Shown here: piece by piece, positions 1 through 13,044 of the stretch
How the letters are laid out: each line of letters opens with the position of its first letter
Position numbering within the stretch: the first letter of the stretch is position 1
Assembly (NCBI GenBank): GCA_013265495.1
Contig: MU057880.1
Coordinates: 1,394,527-1,458,526 of the forward strand
Reading direction: 5' to 3'
Source: Vicugna vicugna
Taxonomy: Eukaryota
Length of the DNA: 64,000 bases
The notes under the pieces: generated by a model
Database searches by the model: none
What the model saw: the letters and a program-made list of their open reading frames with translations, nothing else
What the model was told of the DNA's origin: nothing
Translations under genes and position numbers: made by a program

Positions 1-164
1 TTGGTAGAATGCATCTCCTTTTTTATTGCCTTAAATTGCAAGTACTTTGACACTTTATTTGGTATATTATGTGAACTTAAAGATACTTGTTGAATGAATA
101 TCTTTGTGTCATCAAATACCCGGATTTGAATCCCCCTCCACCATTCCTAGTTGTACGACCGCTC

Positions 165-285
165 TCTTCCTTTGGTTCTTCATCTGTGAAATGGGGATGA
201 TAATAATAGCTTCTACTCTTTAGGGTGGACTGAATGATCCTACAGGGAAAGGATGTTAAAAAACGTGCTAGCGTATTCATAGCAA
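165..285 (+). mobile_element. MIR SINE fragment (ancient)
   Basis: MIR core-like text ttcttcatctgtgaaatggggatgataataatagc...tagggtggactgaatga; boundaries approximate. Confidence 0.7.
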
Positions 286-298
286 AAGCCACCTTGAT

Positions 299-380
299 GG
301 GGGAGGGTACAGCTCAGTGGCAGAGCGCATGCTTAGTGTGCATGGGGTCCTGAGTTCAGGTACCACCACTAAAAAAGAAA
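299..380 (+). mobile_element. tRNA-Ala-derived SINE (vic-1-like, camelid)
   Basis: gggggagggtacagctcagtggcagagcgcatgcttagtgtgcatggggtcctgagttc: Pol III A box, degenerate B box, A-rich tail. Confidence 0.85.
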
Positions 381-455
381 TGCTGCCTTTAGTCACCCAA
401 CATGCCCAGAGATAGCGCCTACCCTCTTGCCCATCCCAGCAGGGTAAAACTAGAG

Positions 456-607
456 CAGTGGTTCTTCCGTTGGCTTTGGATGGGAAAACTTCTGGGTTCC
501 CACACTTAGTGAGTTTGATTTAATTGGTTTGGGGTTGGACCTGGGTGTAGAGATTTATAAAGGCTCCCCAGCAATCCTAAAGTGCAGCCCCAGAGAAAGA
601 AATTCTG
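456..607. mobile_element. MER5A-like hAT-Charlie MITE
   Basis: cagtggttct...ttctg termini; imperfect 8-bp hAT-type TSD aactagag (448-455) / gactagat (608-615). Confidence 0.7.
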
Positions 608-2149
608 GACTAGATGTGGTAAATAAAGGCTTGGCTACCACTCAATCTTACCGGCTTTTCCTCGGGACATCTGGGAATCATCAATAATACATCAAAATCA
701 CTCTGCTTAGATTTACAGCTCCTTTTGTGCCAGGTGAAATCCAGATAGATAATATCTTTATAATCTTAACATTGTTTAGGTTAAGACTAACGCCTCTTAA
801 GCCAGGGTGTGTGGGTTGTTAAATTTACTGTGGCAGGGCCATCTTTGTGAGATATGAACGTCCTGATTAATCATGAATTTTACACGTGTCTATACTTCAG
901 AAGTGATGATTGTGTATTTCCAAACTTGCTTTGCAGGGACTACTGCTTTGGTCTGGTATCAGGGAACAGAATGGCTGGTACCCTGAAGAGGCACATGTTG
1001 TGCTGTAAGAATTCCTTAAGCATGATGTCGGCGGCTGACAAGATGAAAAATGGCTCTGTGATTCATTTCCAGTCTCAGGCTTATAGAAGCACTTAAATAT
1101 TTTGAAATGCCCTCCCACATCCTGTGATTGTGCTAAATCAGAACTGAAAAGCTCTCAGCAGGCTGGATGTGATCCCAGGGTTAAGATCCCCTATTCTTTA
1201 TTTTCTTTTTCACAACACACTTAGTGCTAGAAAAATAAAGTTTATGAGGAAGTATTAAGTATGCTTAACAGGCACATTTGAGCTCCAACTCTACTATCCT
1301 ACTCAGTTATAAATTATCTCCTAAAGTGAAAAATGAAATAAAAAAGGCCCATACTTCTCACATGCCCCTAAACACCAAGCGCATGGAATGGAAAAACGCA
1401 TCCATGGATCCATGGAGCCATTTGCAATTCCAGAACATTCTGGGCCGGTCTTTCAAATCTCCTGTGCTTTGATGCTTTGTAAAGTTACTCTTAAGCAATG
1501 TTGTGTCTGTGACCCTGAGTCAGGTAACCAGGCCAGTGGACCCTCTTCGTGTGTTGCCGCTGACACAGAGATGCTTCTCAGGTCCTTGAATGTATGGACT
1601 TTGAAAGTAACACTGGAAACCAGATGGGAAACACATGTTGATCCCATTCAGAAAACACCACTCTTTGCTTAGATTCAACATAAGCTCTGCATCGAGGAAG
1701 AATGAGAGGTCATTAAAGAGCAACAGACGCTCACTTGAAATGCACAAACAATAACGCGAGAGCCCACAGAGACGGTCCGGCTGAGACTGCTTCTAGCTGT
1801 TCGTGGCCAGAAGGGGGGAGCCCTGAAATTTCCAGATAGCTGACTATATGATACTCAAATAACGGACTGTATTTTTAAACACAGACTTATGACTGTCATA
1901 GTCATTATGTTTTATTCATCCAATGAACATGTCTAGAGCCCGTACCAGGGGTCACGCATTATGATAGGAGTTGGGACCTCGTGGTGACAAGATGAGCAGG
2001 GTCTGTTTCACCATGGAGCCCTCAGGGGCATCAGAGAAGCACCAAGAGGAAATGATGGCGTATATATAGCAGCAGAGCCAACACGGGTAAGTCCACCAAA
2101 ATCTGGAGAGATCCAAATGCGTGTAGGGAACTTAGTATATGTGAGACGC

Positions 2150-2300
2150 TCTCCTAAATGTCCACCCAGAATAGCTCGTTTAATCTTGCAAGTCTGTGAG
2201 GTGGACTCAGTTAATACTCTTCTTTAATATTGGAGAGAAATGAAACACAGAGAGGCTAAGTCACTTGCGCAGGGTCACCCAGCTAGCAAGCGCCAGGGCT
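2150..2300 (-). mobile_element. MIR SINE fragment
   Basis: gaaatgaaacacagagaggctaagtcacttgcgcagggtcacccagctag matches the reverse MIR core. Confidence 0.7.
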
Positions 2301-2869
2301 GAGGGGCTCTCCTTTCCAGATGGCCTGGTTCTGTTTTATATTTTGAGCTCTATTACAGGCCAGTATTACAATGATTAGACACTCACGTGTTTTAAGAGAA
2401 AGCATATTCGTTCAAGTAATTCTAACACAATAAGCCTTCGGTCTTCACGATCTGACGCCATGGGACACGTTCAGGAGAGAAAGGACCGGCAAGAAAACTT
2501 GAATGAGCGCCAACAGAGAAACCACAGAGAGAAAGGGCTGCTTTCTGTGCAATGCCTTAATGTTCAAAGTCTTTTTAGAAGCATGAGTCTTATGTTTTCA
2601 AATTTAAAAATAATTAGTATGTATTGTAGAACATTTGTAAATACAGAAAAGGAAAAAGGCCAAGAGTCCTCAGTGATCAACCTTGCTATCCACAGAGAAC
2701 ATCTGGCTTCTTACTGTTCTTCTTTCTGCATGACTTTCATACATAATTATGATAATGTGACAGTAACTATGAAGCCAACCTGCAGCCTCCTTCTCACATT
2801 TATTACTATAATGTGGACGTATCTCATGGCACAAAAAGTTATTTCTAAACTTTATTTCTGAAAGCAGTC

Positions 2870-3075
2870 CCGGGATGTGCAAATACTACTATATATAAAA
2901 CTGATGAGAAACAGATTTCTTCTGTATAGTACAGCGAACTGTATTCAATATCTTGCAGTAACCCATAATGAAAAAGAATATGAAAATAAATATATGTGTG
3001 TATAGGTCTGACTTAAACGTTATGCTATACACCAGAAATTGACACATTGTAACTGATTATACTTCAATTAAAAAA
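2870..3075 (+). mobile_element. 5'-truncated LINE-1 3' end
   Basis: L1 3'UTR (actactatatataaaa...caccagaaattgacacattgtaactg), A tail, 9-bp TSD aaagcagtc at 2861-2869 and 3076-3084. Confidence 0.9.
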
Positions 3076-4470
3076 AAAGCAGTCTGCATCCACCCCCTGC
3101 GGAGAAGGGCATTCTCTTCTGCACTATTCCTCGATACCAGTGTTACCCAGAACACGATCCTTACCTGTGTCAGCCTGGTGGTTTCGGAGTGAATATGTCC
3201 TTTTTTTTTAATCTTTACCATATCAGGAAGGATGGTCTGGCACTGCGGAAAAATTTTTAACCAAAAGCATTGAGAGAGAGAGAAAAAAGAAAAGGTTTCA
3301 GTAAAGAGCATGCATTCTGAAAGGAGGAGGCTTGAATTTTATTCCTGTCAACTGCTAACTGAGTGACCTCTGAAAAGTTGTACCATTTTTAAAGAAATTC
3401 AAATGAAAATAAAGGCTTGAATCTGGGGATCACTTTGAGACTCGACACCTTAATGCTTTCTAATGTTAATATTTTGTGATTATAGTTAAATTCAATAAAT
3501 AAATGCATATGTATTAGGTTATTTGATGCTTTTCAAAGATAATTCCCAGGAATTAAAAAAAAATTAATCTAGTGAGAGGGGAATTAGACAGAAATACTGA
3601 AAACAATGCCTATGGGATATTCTTGTCTTTTCATAAATTTCACATGTTTCAACTTAAAAGGAAATTTTTTAACCTGTCAAAATAAATAATTCACAAATTA
3701 GGATTCTTCCTAGTGGAATCGTAGATCATCTAGCATTTATTGATTTCATGTTTTAAGTTTTTCCTCATTACTGAAGATACAGTAATTAAAGAAGGCAGTT
3801 CTTCCAGGCACTGAGGCTACAATGCCTGCTTATTACTCAAACAACATTCTGGAACAAAGTACTGGGAAATATATATTTGTTACATGAATGAAACGCAGTG
3901 TTAAAAAATATTAAGGGTGGTAGTTTAGATTCTGACTCAAAGAGTATCTCCCAAACAATTCCCTGTAGTGCTGTGGTTAACAACTTTTCTTGACTTACGT
4001 ATCTAGCAAAAATGTCACCCATGTAACCACCGGTGTAACTGAGGGCAATTTAAGAGAGCTTAGCGTGATTTATCTCTGAAAAGTGGTATCCAGGAGTCAA
4101 GTAGTTTCTGATCATAGGTGGAATTTAAAAATCTTTTGCATGTACTAAATTAGAAAAGAAAGAAGTCCACTTAGTAAAAGGAAAAAAAAAACAAACAAAA
4201 ATAAAACGGTTCTCTTTGTATGTGGAAAGGCAAGATAAATAAAATGCTTCTGACAGAAAAAAATGTATCTTCAATGAAAATATTAATAATATATCTTCAA
4301 TCAAAGAATACATGAAAATATTTTAGTGTCATGTGAAAGAAAGAAATATTGAAGATAAATACAGCTTTTTGACATTTATCCTTAACTCCTTGGCCAACCA
4401 CACCTGAATCAGAGCACTTCCTAGAGATCTTGGCTTACTTTTATGAGCCGGGTGTCTGTCTTCTCTGTTC

Positions 4471-4619
4471 TATTGAAGTGTAGTTGATTTACAATGTTAG
4501 TTTCAGGTGTGGAGCAAAGTGATTCAGTTATACAAATATATATATCTATCTATATCTATATATGTATCTATAGATATAAGTATTTTTTTCAGTTTCTTTT
4601 CCATTAGGCTTATTACAAG
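4471..4619 (-). mobile_element. LINE-1 3' end fragment
   Basis: tattgaagtgtagttgatttacaatgttagtttcaggtgt is the reverse complement of an L1 3' terminus; internal AT-rich microsatellite. Confidence 0.8.
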
Positions 4620-6623
4620 GGGAAAAGACAGCCTTTTCGACACGACCCAGGACCGGCTCAGGTGATGTGTTGACACCCCGTAAGGAGGCATTGCTTCTGT
4701 AGCTGTTGATATCTGAACACAGACCCGCCTTCTGACAGCTGTGCAGTTGGTCTGTGGCCACAGTGGAAGGACCCGTGTGCTGGGGACTGTTGGCTCTTCC
4801 AGTAACCCCTGGCCCTGTCTGAGCATTTTTGGTTCAAAACAATTGTCATTAGCTCCCTTCGAACTGAAAACTACTTCCAGAACTGGAAAATGCCCACGGA
4901 GAGGATGCTTCAAATGCTTTCTGAAAAAGGTCCTCAAACAATTCACCAATCAGCGACAGTCTTGGATTTCCCCCTATTTACAGGAACTTGCCTGATGCTG
5001 TGAACTCAGCAAAGTTCCTATTAAGGTTTTTATTTTTTTTTCTAAATTGAGTGAGTGAAATTGTCCAATTTTAAAGGATAGATCAGACACATTTCAGCAA
5101 ATTTGAATGAGGAGGTTGAGCAAAAATGTAAGCCACTTTCTTACAAAGAACAAATCAAACCATCTTTCCTTTTTATCATGAGCTATTGAGAACATTATGT
5201 TTCCTTTCCTGTTTCTTAATTTGAATATCAAATATCCTTACAATTTGATCTCCCCACTGTCAGAAGAGATACCACAGGTCTTTAATTTCCGTTCTCTTTA
5301 GTCATATTTCGTGGGTTCTTTGTTCTCATTCTCCTCCAAATACCATTCAGTGGAAGATAATTAGCTATTTAAGGAAATTCAAATAAAAAATTTCAGCATA
5401 TTTCCAGTATACAATGTGTGTTCTTAATATTTATTTGATTTTTTTTTCTGGAGAGCTTTTACTTTCATATAATACAAACATTATGACTGATTGAAAGTCC
5501 ATTCTATAGGCCATTTCTTCCTTTATCCTAATGTTAACTGAGAAAATTTCCAGCAGAAACGATACATTTCAAGAAATCCTACATCGAGCTTGCCAAGCAC
5601 AGCATGGTAGTCTCACTGCTGTGCCCCTTCGATTTATGTCAAAACAAGAAAGAACCCATCCTTCAACTCTGAAGAATTTCTTCTGATTGATTGGTTAGAG
5701 AATGAAAAATTTCCAGGAACGTATTAGACAGAAACTCGATAAAACTATTGCACTAAATACTGATGACAGGAAAGTAATGACCTTCATAGGGAAAAAAAAT
5801 CTCTCCCCACAAAGTATCTTAAAGATCATCTATTAAAGATTACTTCATGTTTCTCAAGAGTTACTCAAGCCAATCATGTTAAATTCATATTTGCATTTAT
5901 GTATACATAGTTGGGCAGTTTAAACACCATGCTTATATCTAATGGATCATAGTTCATGAAAAAGACGCCTTTGGTCGTCAACATCTCTGACTAATTAAAC
6001 ACAAGCTAACAGTGAACTCAAGAATGAAGCTCATAGGATGATTCCAGCCTTTCAGTCATTAAGGAAATTGAGAAGGACCTCCTTTCTGTGAACAGAGGCC
6101 TCTCTAAATAACCAAATTAAGCCTTCTAGAATGGTTAAGGATAAATTCTTAAATTCCACGATCCAAATTGAGCTTAAGACTTAACTTAAAAAAAAAGACA
6201 GAAAATGAAAATAAGATTTAAATTACTTACAAAATTACCTAATATACAGGAATATGTTATATGATGTCAGTTAAGGCCGCATATTCTTCCCACTTCACTA
6301 AAAGCCAATGCTTATAGAGGATACGAAAAATGATCAAGCTCATGTTTTTCCTTATCCTTTCTCAAATGGTTGGCATATGTTAACCTCTCAGTGTTCTGAA
6401 ACTGAATAGACACATTTTCATTATAAGTACCTCATAAAATGTGGCAATTTATGAATGCTTTTTGTGATGATCAGAACCAACTCTCCCAGTTTTAAAACAA
6501 TAATATTTAAACTATAGAGTATAGTGACAAGCAGGCTTTAACAGCAGTGAATGATCATTTTAAACTCTTTTATCTGCTGACAGCAATGACCACTGGTTCT
6601 GTTTTCTACATTTCTTACTCTTC

Positions 6624-6882
6624 TTTTTTTTTTTTTAATTTAATTTTTTTTTTACATTTTTTTACATTTTTTATTGATTCATAATCATTTTACAGTGTTG
6701 TGTCAAATTCCAGTGTTCAGAACAATTTTTCAGTCATTCATGGACATATACCCACTCATTGTCACATTTTTTTTTCTCTGTGATTTATCATAACATTTTG
6801 TGTATATTTCCCTGTGCTATACAGTGTAATCTTGTTTATCTATTCTACAATTTTGAAACCCCAGTCTATCCCTTCCCACCCT
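6624..6882 (-). mobile_element. Young 5'-truncated LINE-1 3' end
   Basis: Long poly(T) tail, then reverse L1 3'UTR closely related to copies at 34379 and 48328. Confidence 0.9.
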
Positions 6883-7629
6883 GAAATAAATGATGCAATT
6901 TCCCATGCTTAATTTTTGGAAAGATGAAATCACTTATAATGAAGGAATGCTCATTGGCACTGATTCTGTAAGAGTTTAGTGATGGTTACAGATTCTGCCT
7001 CCATTTGGTCATTTGTTCGTGTATCCATGGTAACAGCTTGGCTTTTGTGGGAACCACATTCGGCTACAGCCATCGATGTGCTGCAGTGTAAATAAACCTC
7101 AAGCAGTGTTTTGGGGGGTTGTCAAGCTAATTTATGTCTTTCAGACATTTTTTCACTGTATTATATGATATTTCACTTAGAGATGCCCACTGCTGCACCA
7201 AGTAAGGCCCCAAAATTTACTCTTCTCTCTCAAAACAGACATTGGCCATCAGATCTCTTCAGAAAATGGAACCTTGGCACCAAAGGAAATGCCATGTCCT
7301 CATTTGTTCTCTCCTAGTGCCCTGTAAAAGCTTCTGTCAAAGCATTTCCAGTGACGTAATGAATCTGTCTTTCTTGCTTGTTTTTCTCCCCATTTCATTG
7401 AGATGTAGTTGACATGGATCATTGTACAAGTTGAAGTGCTGTCTCACTCATTCACTGCCTGTGTCTTTCCCTCACATAGACTCACAGCCATGCCCTAGAG
7501 CTTAGGTCTTATCCACCTCTGTATATGCGGGTACCTGCCCCAAATCTAGAGTATCTAGTCATTTTTTTTAACAACTCTGTGTTGTGCCTCCTTGGAGGTA
7601 GACTAGAGTGTTGTCTGAGAACTCATCAG

Positions 7630-7803
7630 AAGTGTGATTATGGGCACATCTCTGACCACTCTTTGCCTCCATTGTCTCATCTATGAAATGAGTGTCATAT
7701 CGCATCTATATTACAAGGTTGCCATGAGGATTAAGTGGTCAATGCAGGTAAAGTGCACGAAGTAAGGTGTGAACAAGATGAATAAATGGAAGGTATGATT
7801 ATT
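7630..7803 (+). mobile_element. MIR SINE
   Basis: gcctccattgtctcatctatgaaatgag...aaggttgccatgaggattaag MIR core. Confidence 0.7.
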
Positions 7804-7817
7804 TCTAGTACTAGTCC

Positions 7818-8553
7818 TGTTGCAGAAACTCAGCCTCGGCACTCCACTTACCAAATTGAGACTCAAGGACTGAGTTTTAAATGAAGTAGAAAAGGCAGCT
7901 TTATTTCTTTGCAGGCAAAGGAGGTCACAGTGGGCTACTGCTTCAAAGACCATGAGTCTGCTGGGGAGAGAAGGCAGGGGGTTTTATAGTAAAAGTTCAA
8001 GAGTTCAAGGGGCAGAGCTGGTTTCCATAGAGATCACAGTCAGGGTAACAAATTGTTGCAATGTTGTTCTTATTTTTGCAGACCCCCTTCCCTCTACTGG
8101 GTATGAAGTTCACCTCTGGCTTTGGGACTCTTTTAATATTCTTGTTCCTAGAACAAAGGGTGCATAAGAAGGGGCTCCATGGAAAAGAGCTCCAGAGAAA
8201 ACTTGTGCACTTTAAAGTCAGGTTGATAAATGCTTTTAGCCTTTTGAGAAAGTTGTGTGATGCCTGGGACCTCCTGCTGCAGGCTGAGGCCTGCAGCTGG
8301 AACAACAGGATACAAGGAAACCATAAGGGGTCAAGAGTAGGGCACTGGGGTCAGAAGCAGGGAACTGAGCATGACACCTGCACACAGCACCAGAAGGGGG
8401 TGGGGGGACCACCCAAGCCTCCCTCCTTTCCAGTCCAATCTTGGTCACCAAGAGCATAAGGGAACCCTTTATACCATGATACAGTTAGGCAGTTACAAAC
8501 ACCATTGCAGACTCAGATGGTCACTGGTAATAATAGGGTCTTGCTCGGTTACA
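7818..8553 (-). mobile_element. Solo LTR (ERV1-like)
   Basis: TGT...ACA termini; reverse AATAAA (tttatt ~7900) and TATA-like (ttttata ~7982) at LTR-typical spacing; TSD imperfect. Confidence 0.65.
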
Positions 8554-9732
8554 GTTAAGCACTATTCTGGGCCCTGGTGAGACAGTGATGAATAATCACA
8601 GAATAATGGAGGGAGATGGAAACAGGTGCAGGTAATCCAGGTGTATTCTGACTGTAATTAAGTTTACACAGACAATCAAACAGGCTCAGGTTACAGAGAA
8701 TTTCTTAGGAGTGAGGGTCTAATTTAGATGGGGTGATCAAATAAAGTCATTCTGAGGAGGTTAAATCTGAGATGATACCTGAATTATGGAAAGAAACCAG
8801 CTACTGAAAATCTGAATTGGAAACAAGCTTTGTACAGATGAAAAATAGAAAGAAGTTGAGCACGTGCACAGATTAAAAAATGTTTATTTGAATGAGTTAC
8901 TGGAAGCTTGAATGCACTGTCATATTTTGACATATTCAAATGCAAACCCAAAAGAGAGTCCTGCATTTATGCAAATATTTGGTTTATATTTTCTATAATC
9001 AAATGCTGTGGTCTAAATATTTAAATATGCTATTTTTTTCAATTTCTGAAGCTGGACAGTGTAAATTGGGGTAGAATAATAGTAATTTCCTGGATACTTT
9101 AAAGGTAATATTGGCTAACACTTATTGAATCTTTTCCAAAAAAATGCTCTGAGCTGCCATCAATAAATTCTCAAAACAAACTTCTGAGTACAACTCACCC
9201 AATAAGATGGATAATGAGACACAAAGAACTGGCCCAAAGTCTCAGAGAGTAAGTTGTGGAGTCTGGACTGAACCTTACTAACTTGTCTTTTTTTTTTGTA
9301 ACTTGTCTTAATGACAGGATAAACCTGTCCCTTTGGCACATTTAGACAAAATGCATTCTTTTGACTTTATACATTACAATGGTTATTTGTTTAATTGGAT
9401 GTTATGTGTACTTATGTTCACCAATGCACTGCTTCATGATTTCCCTACAGACAAGGTCATTGGCATACTTTTAGGATCACATTGTAAAACATGAGGACTG
9501 GTGCCTGTGGTACCAAGGATTCCTGGAGAGCCTTTGGAGTCCCCAACCTGGGTGCAAGAATCAGAGCACCAGCCCTCACCTGGTGGCAGGAATGATGAAC
9601 TTACCCTCTGGGCTGTCACCCAGCGGGGCTGCAGCTGACACAATGCACCTCTGTTCTGTTTCTCTGCTGTGTCAAGTTCACAACTGGTGGACCGAGACTG
9701 GGGCTCATCAATTTCAAAAGAAGAGTTCTCCA

Positions 9733-9740
9733 CTTTCTTT

Positions 9741-9820
<80 letters not shown>

Positions 9821-9822
9821 TT
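9733..9822. repeat. (TTTC)n tetranucleotide microsatellite
   Basis: About 20 near-perfect TTTC units; source of the KKER/FFLS pseudo-ORFs. Confidence 0.97.
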
Positions 9823-10946
9823 CTTTCCTTTTTTGTCTCAGAAGATAAATACTTCTCATGGCACCTATGACATGCCTATGCACCCGCGTAGGTCAGTGGA
9901 AATGGATGGGGTTGATGGATGAAAACAGCACACTGACCAGACGCCCATGGTGGCCTGCCTGGGAGAGCCCATGAGTCTCGCTGTGATCTCTGGTTAATGG
10001 TCAGTCCAAAGCTCTCTCCACCAAAACAAACAAATATACGTCTCGAGCAACTAATAGTGCTTCTCCTCTGGGAGACAAAATCAGGCAGGGGTGGCTGCAT
10101 CTGATTTGAAAGAGACAAAGATGAGGCTCAGTAAGACAAAGAGACATTGTGTAACTTTCAGAGGGGGCAGGGGAGCCAAAGAGAGCTGCTGCCCAGAGCG
10201 GGAAGATTTGCTTCTGAGCAGAGGGGAGGGAACATGTGTGGTCCTCTTCAGTTTGTCATATTTATTTTTTTCCTTCCAGAATATTAGTGACCTTTTCTCC
10301 CAATCTAAGAATTTAACTCAGTAGAGTACATTGTATTTTGCAAACTTGGGGCCATACTGGTGAAACACAACTAAACAGCAACATCAACAATGTAACAGTG
10401 TCTACTGGTCCTTACAGGATAGCTGAAGTAGATGGCGTTTGTGAAGAAGTCTGGCCTCAGGCGAGTGCCCACAGGGGATAAACACTGCTGCTGTGGGTGT
10501 TCTCAGTCCAGGGCTTATCAGGAATCAGGAATGCCCACTATTTGTTGAGTCTCCCCATTTTTTTTTTTTTTGATATTTCATGTGCTTTCTATACATTTTC
10601 TTTAATGGAGTCATCGCAAACTTGTAAGCAAAGTCAATTTCTCATCTTATAGTCAATGGAATTGCAGTTTCAAGAAATTAAATGAATTGAACTAAGCTTT
10701 AGAAGAAAGAGGTCAGCAATCAGACCCAGATGATCAGGGCCCAAGGTCACTCTTTTACATCACATTGTGCATATTAAATGTACAAAGAGTTGGATTTTAG
10801 TTGATAAAAAGGCAGAAAATGGGGAGCAAATGGATGGGAACTAAAGTAGAAATAGGCTGAAACTCCATTTTCTATTAAACCACACTTTTTCTTCTCTCAA
10901 TATTATTTCTGTCCTAAACGTGAGAAGCAGTCTCACTTGGAGGCTG

Positions 10947-11446
10947 TGTTAGAATCGGAGAGAAAGAAAGGAGAGACAGCTCAGCAGAAGAGACAGGTTT
11001 ATTCTGAGAAACTTGCAGAGAGGTCTCCAGCCATACTGGAGCTCACTCTGTTGGTACAGACTTGATTAGTTTATGCCTGGAGGTCGGAGCTGATTGGTGG
11101 GTTCTTATGCAAATGAGGGGTGCTGAGAGGTAAGTTCTGATTGGTGGGTATGCTGAAAGTGAAAGGGGCGTGTCTGAAAGAGAGAGGGGCGGGGAGGAAC
11201 TTTCCAGCCAGTAGTCCTCACTCAGGTCTGGGGAGGCGGAAGTTGTTATGCAGATGAAGTATGCTGACGGGTAGATGCTGATTGGTGGGTTTCACAGAAG
11301 GCGGAAGTTGTTACTTGCGGTAGACTCTGCTTGTCGGGAAATAGCGGTGGATCCGCAAAACGGAGTGTGAGCTTGTCTGTCAGGCTGAAATTCACATGTG
11401 TCCCAGTTTTACTTTGAGGACTTGAGGGATTTGTATTCTTCCCATA
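10947..11446 (-). mobile_element. Solo LTR with internally repeated enhancer modules
   Basis: Begins TGTT; reverse polyA signal tttatt ~10998; 3x ctgattggtggg and 2x ggcggaagttgtta; CpG-rich relative to flanks; imperfect TSD ggctg/aactg. Confidence 0.75.
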
Positions 11447-11531
11447 AACTGTAAAGAAACATTAAGACTTTAAAAATGATCCCTTTTATTATCTTTCACA
11501 GCCACAAATTACAATAATATACTCAACAAAC

Positions 11532-12048
11532 TGTTACTGAGTCCAAACTCATTCTGCTTGCAGCACAACAGGTCAATAAATCAGGAAGCAAGGTGTTGGG
11601 GCAAGGAATAGTGACTTTATTAAGAAAGCTAGCAGAGTGAGAAGATGGGGACCTAATGTCCTAGAGAACCATCTTACCCAAGCCAGAATTTAGGCTCCTT
11701 TTATACTGAAAAGGGGAGGGGGTGTGGTTGGTTGTTGCAAACTTCTTGGTGTCAAAATCCTTTGTTCTTGCAGCTCTCTGCGTGGGTCAGGTCATGGTGT
11801 CCCTGTAAACCCCCAACAAGACAAATGTTCTTTTCTGTTCCGCAACTTTTTATCACTATGAATGGAAAAGTGTTATCCTCTTAAAGGTCAGAGCCTTGAG
11901 AATGGGTTTTTCTGTCTATTTCAGGTTCCAGGCAATATTCTTTTACAAAAGGCGCAGAACCAGCATGACTGAGCAAGGAAACAGAGCACAGGGTTAGAGC
12001 CAAAGGAGCAGATCTCATATGGAGTCAGGTTTGTTCTTTTTTGTAACA
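11532..12048 (-). mobile_element. Solo ERV1 LTR (same family as 27023-27541)
   Basis: TGT...ACA termini, 4-bp TSD AAAC (11528-11531 / 12049-12052), reverse AATAAA and TATA. Confidence 0.9.
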
Positions 12049-12950
12049 AAACGAGAAACCATTGAGAAAAAATGACAGGCTTACAAGCGATGAGTACCTA
12101 ACTCATGGGTTATTATTATCCTTTAAGAGATATTATCCTTTAAGAGAATTTTGATACTCTCAGGCTCGGTTTCCAGAGGAACCCTTGTTGGCTCTTTAAT
12201 TTGGATATTCTTGAATTCTGTTATAAAAGAGAACACTTCCAGCAATTGTTGGGGCATAATAAGGCCCGTGCTATGTTATACATGGTATGGGTTTTCCAGA
12301 ATCAGTGAGGAAGTATGAACTTCTTGGTTTGTTGTTCTGATTCAAATGGGGGAAAACGCTGTAATACAATGCAAGGGAGCTCAGCCAGCAGGCCACTTCC
12401 TAATTAAGCAGCATTGTTCCATAAACACGTGAGAAATAGCTTACAAGACACCAATCTGGAACTTGTTGAATTAAAGGAAACAGAGGATATGAGATTTTTT
12501 GTTGTTGTTACATCCTAACTCAAAAATAAATGTCTCTATTTGGGTCACCAGGGTAATACCTAAAAATAGTCTTGATAGTCATTGTCTGTCACTGTGTCAC
12601 CTTTCCTCGGGCATCAGATCGGACTGCATAACATAAAATGAGGCATTGAAAACATAAACCTTCACAGAGTGTTGTCTGCTTTAAGATATTCTTGTTTATG
12701 GATCTTCAGAAAAGTATTATTTTCAGCCAACTCAAGTGCTTACTGAAATGCGAGTAAATAAAAAGAAAAGAAAAAATTGGGGAGGGACTTGACAAAGAAG
12801 GGTGCACAAAATTTGAACACAATTAGGAGCCAGTACCCATTTAGTCCCTACTCTGTGCAGAAAGATTAGAAATAGGCATCAGATTATTTAAGAATATAAC
12901 TTTTCTACTCAGAAAAGAAGTGGTATACTTGTTTTAAAAGGTGATTTTAC

Positions 12951-13044
12951 GGGGAGGATAATGGCTCAGTAAGCGGTAGAGCACATAATTAGCATGCATA
13001 AGATCTTGAGTTCATCCCTAGTGCCTCCATTAAAAAAATGACTC
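12951..13044 (+). mobile_element. tRNA-Ala-derived SINE (diverged)
   Basis: ggggaggataatggctcagt...gagttcatcc; flanked by the direct repeat aaaa(g)gtgatttta. Confidence 0.8.

Noticed and set aside
1401..1416. Perfect 16-bp palindrome TCCATGGATCCATGGA
   Set aside because: Simple tandem doubling of an 8-bp palindrome with no supporting context.
9434..9883. 149-aa ORF with KKER repeats and the opposite FFLS ORF
   Set aside because: Open only because of the (TTTC)n microsatellite.
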